A stretch of 48,415 nucleotides of DNA from NCBI GenBank assembly GCA_021813825.1, contig JAKAJI010000001.1:1-48415 (forward strand). Direction: 5' to 3'. Both the position numbers and the translations under genes were made by a program. How positions within the stretch are numbered: position 1 is the stretch's first letter; each line of letters opens with the position of its first letter. Positions 35,919 to 43,272 of the stretch are shown piece by piece. The stretch comes from Acidobacteriota bacterium (lineage in GTDB: Bacteria; Acidobacteriota; Terriglobia; Bryobacterales; Bryobacteraceae). The notes under the pieces were generated by a model. That model had not been told where the DNA came from and did not search any database. It saw nothing but the letters and a program-made list of their open reading frames with translations.

Positions 35919-36209
35919 GGCTTCCCCCTGATGCGGGTGCCGCGCACCCGCCCGCTAGTACGAAGTTTCATCGCGCTGCATTCAACGCGACTAGTAGGAA
36001 AGAGTAATTAACAAGTAGAGATATTAGTAGGTTAGAACCGTTACCTGTATCCGTTTCCGGCTGGTAACTGACAGATAACTTATAGACAGGCAAAGACTAC
36101 GTGCAATCATGGCACTGCCGATCGGCATGCGAGTAACAGGGTTCGGACCGCAGTGGCATGAGAAAGGGCCCGTGCCAACGACCGTTTCCTGTTGTATACT
36201 GACCGAAAC
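35919..36209. promoter_or_regulatory. AT-enriched divergent control region between the TonB-dependent receptor and the malectin regulator
   Basis: Visibly lower GC than the flanks. Contains a 7-bp-stem hairpin GCGGGTG-CCGCG-CACCCGC (35933-35951) and the direct repeat TAGTAGG at 35992-35998 and 36025-36031. Also a perfect 12-bp palindrome TGCCGATCGGCA (36116-36127) and CCGTTTCC at 36051-36058 and 36182-36189. Confidence 0.4.
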
Positions 36210-37742
36210 GTGGGGACCGGCAAAACGACCTCGTCTGCGTCGGCTTGCGAAGCGGAACGATCCGCCGTCCGGGCCGTAGTGTCCTCTTCGACGTTTGCCC
36301 GGTCGCCGCGCCTGGCTTCGCTGCTGCAGTACCTTTGCGAAAGGTCGTTCCGGGGCGACAGTAAGTCACTGAAGGAATACAACATCGCGATCGACGTGTT
36401 TGGCCGCGGGACCAACTTCGATCAGACCTCCGATGCGATCGTGCGCGTGGAAGTACACCGGCTTCGGAAAAAACTGGAAAAGTACTACGCGGGTGAAGGC
36501 ATCGCTGAGCCGCTGCGAATCGTCATTGAACCGGGGAGATACACCCCGGAGTTTGTGGCGACGGCGACGCTCGACACTCTCCAGACAGTCCCAGTGATGG
36601 ATGAACCGCCCCAGCGTGCCCCGATCCAGCAAGAAGATCTCCCTTCACACACAGCGTGGTTCCGGTTCGGGCCGTCGTTGTTGATCTTCGCCGGACTTTG
36701 CGTCGTAGCCGGCGTGCTGCTTTGGCTGCGAAGCGTGAGACCGGCACAGGCACGGACTGCGCCGCCGGAGACCGCCGTAGTCCTACCGGGCGAAGAACTT
36801 CGGATCCGATGTGGGGCGACGAAACCCATGGAGCACGACCGTGACGGCAACCGCTGGGAACCCGACGCCTATTTCACCGGGGGCATGGCAACCTCCTTTC
36901 CCGTCCATTCGCTATACCGCACGCGCGATTCCGAGCTATACTCCACCGCCCGCGTCGGCGAGTTCTCCTACAAACTCCCGCTAAAGCCCGGAACCTACGA
37001 ACTGCGCCTTCACTTCGCCGACACGGCGTTTCAGCCCGGTCCCGCGATGGACGGCGGCGAGAATCGCCGTGTGTTCAATGTCGACCTCAACGGCCAACCG
37101 CTGCTGAAGCAGTTTGACATCATTGCGGATTCGGGGCCGAACACTGCCGATATCCGCGCGTTCAAGGACGTCGAGCCAGCGGCAGATGGCTTCTTGCATC
37201 TTGAGTTCCGGTCGCGAATTTCGGAACCCCTCGTGAATGCAATCGAGGTGCTGCCGGCGCCGCCGCACCGAATGCGGCCCATCCGGCTCGTCGCCCAGGA
37301 AAGAGCCTACACGGACTCTGCCGGCAACATCTGGATGCCGGATGACTATTTTCTGTTCGGCCGTCTCTATCCTAAGACAGGTATCGTCGCGGGAACGCGG
37401 GATCCGGAGCTTTACGGCTGGGAGCGCTACGGGCATTTTTCCTACGCGATTCCGGCCGCGCCAGGAACATATGCTCTGACCCTCCACTTTGCCGAAACAT
37501 ACTTCGGTGCAGAGAACCCCGGCGGAGGTGGGACCGGGTCCCGTATTTTCGAGGTGACGTGCAACGGCATCTCGCTCGTGAAGGATTTCGATCTGCTCCG
37601 GGAGGCGCCGGTTCGAACCGCCATCGTCCGCACCTTCCACGGCCTTCACCCGAATGCCCAGGGGAAACTGATGGTCTCCTTCAATCCATCGGCGAATTAT
37701 GCAACCGTGTCGGCGATCGAGTTAGTGGACGAATCGAAATAA
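36210..37742 (+). CDS. Membrane-anchored ToxR/CadC-like winged-helix transcriptional regulator with two extracytoplasmic malectin domains
   Basis: N-terminal OmpR/PhoB-type wHTH-like segment (SPRLASLLQYLCERSF...LKEYNIAIDVFGR...IVRVEVHRLRKKLEKYY). One TM helix, WFRFGPSLLIFAGLCVVAGVLLWL (36657-36728). Two malectin-like repeats (about 36789-37253 and 37278-37727), each with the pattern D..GN.W.PD.YF.GG...TRD.ELY...R.G.FSY..P..PGTY.L.LHFAE...RVF.V..NG......FD. The start is uncertain (TTG 36192 or GTG 36210). Confidence 0.8.
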   Translation: MGTGKTTSSASACEAERSAVRAVVSSSTFARSPRLASLLQYLCERSFRGDSKSLKEYNIAIDVFGRGTNFDQTSDAIVRVEVHRLRKKLEKYYAGEGIAEPLRIVIEPGRYTPEFVATATLDTLQTVPVMDEPPQRAPIQQEDLPSHTAWFRFGPSLLIFAGLCVVAGVLLWLRSVRPAQARTAPPETAVVLPGEELRIRCGATKPMEHDRDGNRWEPDAYFTGGMATSFPVHSLYRTRDSELYSTARVGEFSYKLPLKPGTYELRLHFADTAFQPGPAMDGGENRRVFNVDLNGQPLLKQFDIIADSGPNTADIRAFKDVEPAADGFLHLEFRSRISEPLVNAIEVLPAPPHRMRPIRLVAQERAYTDSAGNIWMPDDYFLFGRLYPKTGIVAGTRDPELYGWERYGHFSYAIPAAPGTYALTLHFAETYFGAENPGGGGTGSRIFEVTCNGISLVKDFDLLREAPVRTAIVRTFHGLHPNAQGKLMVSFNPSANYATVSAIELVDESK

Positions 37743-37753
37743 CTCAGCCGAAG

Positions 37754-38272
37754 TCAATGCTTCGCGCCGGTCCGGGCGGCGAGCGCGGCAAGGACTTGGG
37801 CGCTGTGGTTGGAAGGGTCGACATCGGTCCATACCTGCGCGATGACACCATTGGGATCGATGAGAAACGTATTGCGGTAGGCGAACTTCAGGCCGAGCAG
37901 GTTGCGGAGCGACCCGTATTGTTCAGTGACTTTCTTGTCCGTGTCGGCGAGGAGTTTGAAGGTAAGCCCCTGTTTGGCGCAGAACTCCTTATGGCTTGCG
38001 ACCGCATCCACGCTGACGCCGACGATCACCGCGTTGGCCGCTTGGTAGTGGGCCAGATCGCGCTCAAAGTTGTGCGCTTCCCGCGTACAGCCCGGCGTGC
38101 CGTCTTTGGGATAGAAGTAGAGAACCACCCAATGCCCACGGAGACTCGATAGGCTGACCGGGGTTCCATCCTGCGAGGGTAGCGTGAAGCCGGGCGCGGG
38201 TTGGCCGGCCTGGGGCAGAGGCGCCGCCGATAAGGGAATCGCGAGCAAAAGCGCGGCGGCGAGAAAACGCAT
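37754..38272 (-). CDS. bcp: Exported Bcp-type peroxiredoxin (thiol peroxidase)
   Basis: Signal peptide MRFLAAALLLAIPLSA. APGFTLPSQDG...VVLYFYPKDGTPGCTREA carries the peroxidatic Cys motif. I prefer ATG 38272. Confidence 0.85.
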   Translation of the reverse strand: MRFLAAALLLAIPLSAAPLPQAGQPAPGFTLPSQDGTPVSLSSLRGHWVVLYFYPKDGTPGCTREAHNFERDLAHYQAANAVIVGVSVDAVASHKEFCAKQGLTFKLLADTDKKVTEQYGSLRNLLGLKFAYRNTFLIDPNGVIAQVWTDVDPSNHSAQVLAALAARTGAKH

Positions 38273-38311
38273 GCGGCCACTCCTCCTGGCTCGATGATAG
38301 AACGCGGCCAC

Positions 38312-39370
38312 CTAGAAGCGGGACGCCCACACCACCATGCCGAGCGTGGCGGTGGCGATGACGAGTTCACCGGCCACGCCGACCGCGAGCGGACGCAGGC
38401 CCTGAGCGACGAGGCTCCGGAAATCGGTCCGAAGGCCGAGAGCGGCGAAGGCCAGCAGGAAGGCAAGGTGCGAAAGGGTGGCCAGGATCTTCGTTTGTCC
38501 GGGCGTGAAAACGCCGAGCGTGGCGAGCACGGAGAAGAGAATGAAGCCCAGGACAAATTTCGGGAATTTGTTCCAAACGAACGCCGACTTGCGCTCTACC
38601 GTGCCGGCCTTCATCCGGCGCGCCCAGTACATCGCATAACCGAGGACGACGAAGCCGAGCGCGGAACTGCGGGCCGTCTTGGCCAGCACGGCGAAGCGGG
38701 CGGCGGTTTCCGAGTACAGGGCGCCGGCCGCAGTCGCCTCCGCGGTGTTGTCAATCGCCAGACCGGCCCACATGCCAAACACCTGTCCGCTCAAGCCCAG
38801 CCAGTGGCCGACGAGCGGGAAAGCGACCAGGGCTGTGATGCCGAGCGCGAGAATCGCGGCGATCGCGCTGTGGGACTCTTCCTCGGTGGCATCGAGAGAG
38901 TCCTTCGCCGCCAGAATCGCGGTGACTCCGCAGATGCAGGAACCGATTGCGAGCAAACTGGTGACGCGCTCGGGCAGATGGAAGATCCGGCCCAACAGAG
39001 TCATGCAACCTACCGCGAGGACCAGCTCGACCGCGACGCAGGCCAGGCTCACGCCGCCCAGGCGAAGAACGTCGCTCAACACGAAGTTGGCGCCAAGAAG
39101 GATGATGCCGAGTTTCAACCAGAACCCGTAGGTATCGACACCCGCGCGGCAGACCTTTGGAACGGCGCCAGTGTGGCCGAGGAACAAACCCGCGGCGATG
39201 GTGGCCAGCACCGACTCGCCGGCCGGGAAACCGGCGATCTCGGCGATCCGGGCCAGGCCGACTCCGGCAGCCGCCGTGGCGACGAGCAAAAGCAAACCCG
39301 GACAGTAGCCGTATTCCCGGCGGCCGGGGGCCGCTTGGCGGGACGGTACAGTCAGGATGGCTTGGCTCAC
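38312..39370 (-). CDS. yeiH: YeiH/UPF0324-family membrane protein (putative sulfate exporter family)
   Basis: Polytopic product. LLAIGSCICGVTAILAAKDSLDATEEESHSAIAAI resembles the conserved YeiH core. GTG start. Confidence 0.75.
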   Translation of the reverse strand: MSQAILTVPSRQAAPGRREYGYCPGLLLLVATAAAGVGLARIAEIAGFPAGESVLATIAAGLFLGHTGAVPKVCRAGVDTYGFWLKLGIILLGANFVLSDVLRLGGVSLACVAVELVLAVGCMTLLGRIFHLPERVTSLLAIGSCICGVTAILAAKDSLDATEEESHSAIAAILALGITALVAFPLVGHWLGLSGQVFGMWAGLAIDNTAEATAAGALYSETAARFAVLAKTARSSALGFVVLGYAMYWARRMKAGTVERKSAFVWNKFPKFVLGFILFSVLATLGVFTPGQTKILATLSHLAFLLAFAALGLRTDFRSLVAQGLRPLAVGVAGELVIATATLGMVVWASRF

Positions 39371-39407
39371 GCCCCGATCATACCAAAGTCCATCGAGAAT
39401 AACTACA

Positions 39408-40037
39408 TCACTCGATCAAGCCATGCCGGACCGCAAACCGCACCAGCTCGCCAGTCGAGTGCAAGTTCAGCTTTTCCATGATCTTACCTCGATGTGCGTC
39501 GACGGTATAGACGCTCAGGTTGAGGCTATTGGCGATGTCTTTATTGGTCTTACCTTCGGCTATCATTTGCAGCACTTCGCGCTCGCGGCTGCTGAGGAGG
39601 TCGAGCGGATCGCGCACGTGTTTGCGATAGTCGCTGAGGACCGCGTCGCTGACGGCGGAACTCAGGTAGCCTTCGCCCCGGGCGACGGCGCGGACTGCGT
39701 TGAGCAGGTCGCTGTCGACGGCGTCTTTTAGCAGGTAGCCGCGCGCTCCGGCGCGGAGGATTTCGCGGACGTAGACGGAATCCTTGTGCATGCTCAAGGC
39801 GAGCACGCGAGCTCGGGGGGCGGCGGTGATGATGCGCCGGGTCGCCTCGATGCCGTTCAACTCCGGCATGGCGACGTCCATGACGATTACATCCGGCTGC
39901 AGCGATTCGGCCAGCTCGACGGCTTCGCGGCCGTTGCTCGCTTCGCCGACGATGCGGATGTCGGACTGTGTTTCCAGAATGAGGCGGAATCCCTTGCGGA
40001 CCATGACGTGATCGTCCGCCAAAAGTACGTTAATCAT
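39408..40037 (-). CDS. NarL/LuxR-family response regulator
   Basis: Receiver domain (VLLADDH...DVIVMDVAMPELNG) plus a C-terminal LuxR HTH (LSSREREVLQMIAEGKTNKDIANSLNLSVYTVDAHR). ATGA overlap with the kinase gene. Confidence 0.9.
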   Translation of the reverse strand: MINVLLADDHVMVRKGFRLILETQSDIRIVGEASNGREAVELAESLQPDVIVMDVAMPELNGIEATRRIITAAPRARVLALSMHKDSVYVREILRAGARGYLLKDAVDSDLLNAVRAVARGEGYLSSAVSDAVLSDYRKHVRDPLDLLSSREREVLQMIAEGKTNKDIANSLNLSVYTVDAHRGKIMEKLNLHSTGELVRFAVRHGLIE

Positions 40038-41347
40038 GCTCTTACTCCTTCGCGTGGGGCGACGACATCGATTTCAAGCCCGCCACCGGGGGCAGGCCGG
40101 AGGGCAAGGGTGCCGCCGGCGCCACGGGCTCTGGCCTCCATCCCGCGCAGTCCCAGTCCGCTGGACCGCACGCCCTCCGGCAGCCCGACGCCGTCGTCGC
40201 GGATTGTCAGATGCACCTGTTCGCCTTCGGCCCGCAGAGCGACCCACACGGATTTTGCCTTTGCGTGGCGCGCGACGTTGGTGAGGGCCTCCTGAACAAT
40301 TCGGAACAGGTGTGTTTCGGTCGCCTCCGCCAGTCGCTGCTCCACCGACGATTCATAGTGGACGGCGATTCCCGTCCGCTCGCCGAAGCGTTCGATGAGC
40401 CAGCGCAGGCCGGCATCGAGGCCGAAGTCGTCGAGGATCGTGGGTCGCAGCAGTTGCGACAGTTCTCGCACGTTGCCGATCGCGTCGTCCACGAGGCGGG
40501 TGCAGTCGGCCTGGCGCTCCGGGTTTGGCCCTCCATTGGAGGCCATCGACGACAGGTTCGCCTTCAGCGCGGCCAGCGTCTGGCCGAGTTCGTCGTGCAG
40601 TTCGTGCGAGAACCGGCGGGCCACCGACTCCTGCGTTTCGAGCAGGCGCCAGGTCACGTGCTGCAGTTCTTCATCCTGCGCCGCCATGGTGTGAAACAGG
40701 CGCGCCGTGAGCCGCAGTGTGACGGCGGCCACGACCATGGCCAGCAGCAGGCCGCCCAACAGAAGAATCGCCGCGTCGCGGACGAGCACGCGGCTGCGCC
40801 GCTCGATGCGCGTTTGCGTTTCCAGCGCGTCGCCGTAGCTTGCGGCGATCAGCCGCGCTACCGCTGCTGTGACTTCTTCATGCAGACGGAAGAGGTCGCG
40901 CGAGGAAACGGTCGACGTGCTTCCTCCAAGCAGGACGCGCCGGCCCTCACTCGAAAACGCAGACGACGCCTTTTGGAGGTTATCCCAGAGCGCCTGGCGC
41001 GGCGTTCCGGTGGAATCGTCAACCAGCCTTTGCAGTTCCGAGTCGGCATCGTCGAGAGCCGCCATGATGAGGTTGCGCCGTTCGATGGCCGTCTCGCCCG
41101 CCAGTTGGTAGCGCGAGATGCGGTAGAGCGTTGCGTTGAGAAGCGCCTGTTCCCGCTCCAGTTCGGAAATCAGGCGGGTCGTCGCCTTCTGGTCGGCGAC
41201 GAGTGAGGCCGCATTTTCCTGAAGCAGGCGTGCGTTTTCCAGTCCCAGGCCCGCGGAGGCCACGAGCAGCGCGATTACGACGGCGAAGCCCGAGACCAGG
41301 ACGCGGAGGATGCCCGGCGGCGTCGCGCGCGGGCGAAGCACTTCCAT
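40034..41347 (-). CDS. Sensor histidine kinase (HisKA_3/NarX-like) with a periplasmic sensor domain between two TM helices
   Basis: TM1 VLVSGFAVVIALLVASAGLGL and TM2 AAILLLGGLLLAMVVAAVTL. H-box FSHELHDELGQTL. HATPase_c motifs (NVARHA, DDGVG, GLGLRGM). Confidence 0.85.
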   Translation of the reverse strand: MEVLRPRATPPGILRVLVSGFAVVIALLVASAGLGLENARLLQENAASLVADQKATTRLISELEREQALLNATLYRISRYQLAGETAIERRNLIMAALDDADSELQRLVDDSTGTPRQALWDNLQKASSAFSSEGRRVLLGGSTSTVSSRDLFRLHEEVTAAVARLIAASYGDALETQTRIERRSRVLVRDAAILLLGGLLLAMVVAAVTLRLTARLFHTMAAQDEELQHVTWRLLETQESVARRFSHELHDELGQTLAALKANLSSMASNGGPNPERQADCTRLVDDAIGNVRELSQLLRPTILDDFGLDAGLRWLIERFGERTGIAVHYESSVEQRLAEATETHLFRIVQEALTNVARHAKAKSVWVALRAEGEQVHLTIRDDGVGLPEGVRSSGLGLRGMEARARGAGGTLALRPAPGGGLEIDVVAPREGVRA

Positions 41348-41571
41348 AGCTTTATTTTCAGATACTTTCCAGCGCCACCGGGATGCCGAGACAAAACTCG
41401 ATCAAACATGAAGCCTTTTCCATGAACGTTCGCTCATCGCAGATCCCGTAAATTCAGGGATCAGAACCGCCTACCGGGTCTATCGGAATTTGGGGGAAAC
41501 GGCCGCATGATGAAATCGTGAGGGCGGTAAGAAGAGGCCCTCCGGAAAGAAAGAAGAAAGAGAGACCGACC

Positions 41572-41775
41572 ATGAAAAAGACGATTCTGATTGCCCTGAT
41601 GTCCGCCGCCGCGATGTTCGCAGGGCAGACGACCCCGGCCACCTCGACTCCGGCGCCTGCCAGCCAGACCGCCAAGACGACCAAGGCTTCCAAGAAGCAT
41701 CACGCGAAGAAGGCGAAAAAGAGCGCCCGGAAGACCAGCAAGCGCAACGCGAAGAACGCGCCGGCCAAAAGCTAA
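41572..41775 (+). CDS. Small secreted lysine-rich protein (67 aa)
   Basis: A purine-rich tract AAGAAGAAAGAGAGA precedes ATG 41572. Signal peptide MKKTILIALMSAAAMFAGQ, then a T/P/A-rich linker and a K/A/H-rich tail (KKHHAKKAKKSARKTSKRNAKNAPAKS). A strong intrinsic terminator follows. Confidence 0.5.
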   Translation: MKKTILIALMSAAAMFAGQTTPATSTPAPASQTAKTTKASKKHHAKKAKKSARKTSKRNAKNAPAKS

Positions 41776-41797
41776 GTTCCGCGGGAGTACCCGCCAC

Positions 41798-41842
41798 GCC
41801 CGGCCCTTGGGGGGAAGCCCCGGGGCCGGGCTTTTTATTTTT
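41798..41842 (+). terminator. Rho-independent terminator
   Basis: Perfect 9-bp outer stem GCCCGGCCC (41798-41806) / GGGCCGGGC (41823-41831) with extra inner GGGG/CCCC pairing. Followed by TTTTTATTTTT (41832-41842). Confidence 0.75.
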
Positions 41843-42267
41843 GGGGCACGCCGGCTACCGTTGCGCGGTGTACTCCGAAGACGCCGTTTCTGACGTCGCT
41901 CATGTTTGAACTGATCCCTGGCCGCGAGTGAGCGTCGTCCCGCCCACGCGTCATGGCCTCCCACCGCCGGGCGGCGCGGCGGCGGACACCCGTGTCACCG
42001 ATGCTACAGTCCTACTCCCGGGCAAAGAGCTTCGTCGGCACACATCGAGTAACAATGAATGGAGCAATCACTTTCTCCAGTGAAGGATTTCCTTCGTGAA
42101 CCGATGGCAACGCGGCGATCGGGCGAGTGCACCACGTTGCAAGACCGCGAGTTCCCCTGGTGATGGACGTCGACATGAATTGCGCCTCGGCGAGCGCGAT
42201 CTAATGCGGTGGCGGGACGGTATTAGTCAGAGCGCAAACCAGTAGCGCGCAGTGGAACGGAGATCAC

Positions 42268-42936
42268 ATGACGAAAATGATGCGTTTGACCGGAGGCGCT
42301 CTCGTCCTCACACTGGTGCTAGCTGCGCCACTCTTGGCGCAGGCGTCGAAGGGAATCGCGGTCACCGCCCCACGGCCGCTCTGGGACGCGATTAATGCGC
42401 TCGAAGCGGCTGCCGGGGGAACGGTGAACTACGAGGACGTGCCATACGAGAACCCCGCCGACGTGCAAGACTATTCGACGCCGGCGCAGCGAGCCGCGCA
42501 GCCGCAGGGCTGGCAGTTGCTCGGCCCCGTCACAGGCACCGTCACGGCGGAAATCCCGGTCCCGGCCAACGGCGCCGTCACGGCGAACGATCTCCTCTAC
42601 GATGTGAACCTCCTCCTCGCCAGCTACCGCCAGAACCACTTGCCCGGCGATTTCCAGGTCGAGCAGGCCAACGGAATGCTCTATGTGATGGCGACCAAGG
42701 TTCTGGGCGCCAACGGCGTCGTGCGTACGGTGACCTCGCCTATGCTGACTGTAATCACGATTCCAACAGCGGACCGCAGCGTGGTCGGGACGGTCCAGGC
42801 TATCTTCGATGCCGTGGGGAAGGCGACGGGGTTGCGCATCGGCGTGGCCACCTTCCCGTTCTGGCCCTCGCAACGCGTAGCGTTTGGCGCAACCGCCGAG
42901 GTTGCGCGGGATGCACTAGCGCGGCTGTTCGCCTAG
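42268..42936 (+). CDS. Hypothetical secreted protein (222 aa up to an amber codon)
   Basis: GGAACGGAG precedes ATG 42268. Signal peptide MTKMMRLTGGALVLTLVLAAPLLAQA. High GC3. I recognised no family. Confidence 0.6.
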   Translation: MTKMMRLTGGALVLTLVLAAPLLAQASKGIAVTAPRPLWDAINALEAAAGGTVNYEDVPYENPADVQDYSTPAQRAAQPQGWQLLGPVTGTVTAEIPVPANGAVTANDLLYDVNLLLASYRQNHLPGDFQVEQANGMLYVMATKVLGANGVVRTVTSPMLTVITIPTADRSVVGTVQAIFDAVGKATGLRIGVATFPFWPSQRVAFGATAEVARDALARLFA

Positions 42937-43161
42937 TCATCTTCCCGGCCGCTTTCCTACCGCATGATCTTCGAGCCGAAATGCGACCGCATGAGAGCGT
43001 ACGACTACATCGTGAATGTCGCCCCATCCGGATATGTGCCTCCGATGGCGCCACCGGCCTACGGACCAATCAACAAATCGGCGGGATCCACGCCGTCGAC
43101 CCCCGCTTCGGCGCACCCACCCGGCGCCCCGCGCCCGAACCAGGGCCCGGCCAAGCCATAG
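42937..43161 (+). other. In-frame continuation of the 42268 gene beyond TAG 42934-42936 (possible pseudogene, read-through or sequence error)
   Basis: The 42964-43161 ORF is in the same frame as 42268-42936. The 27 nt between them contain no stop. By my count about three quarters of its codons end in G/C, as in real genes here. Confidence 0.35.
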
Positions 43162-43272
43162 TGCGCCGGCGCCTCGACGCCGCGTTGCCCGGCCGGCCCC
43201 GTCCGTGGTTCAATAGAGATTGTTCCGCTCCGCGATTAACTCAGTTCCACCTGCCGGGAAGGGTAATCTCCG

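Noticed and set aside
36113-36130. TGGCAC at 36111-36116 as a possible sigma-54 -24 element upstream of the malectin regulator
   Set aside because: The required TTGC -12 element is absent at the correct spacing (the sequence is TGGCAC-TGCCG-ATCGG). The site is better described as part of the 12-bp palindrome.
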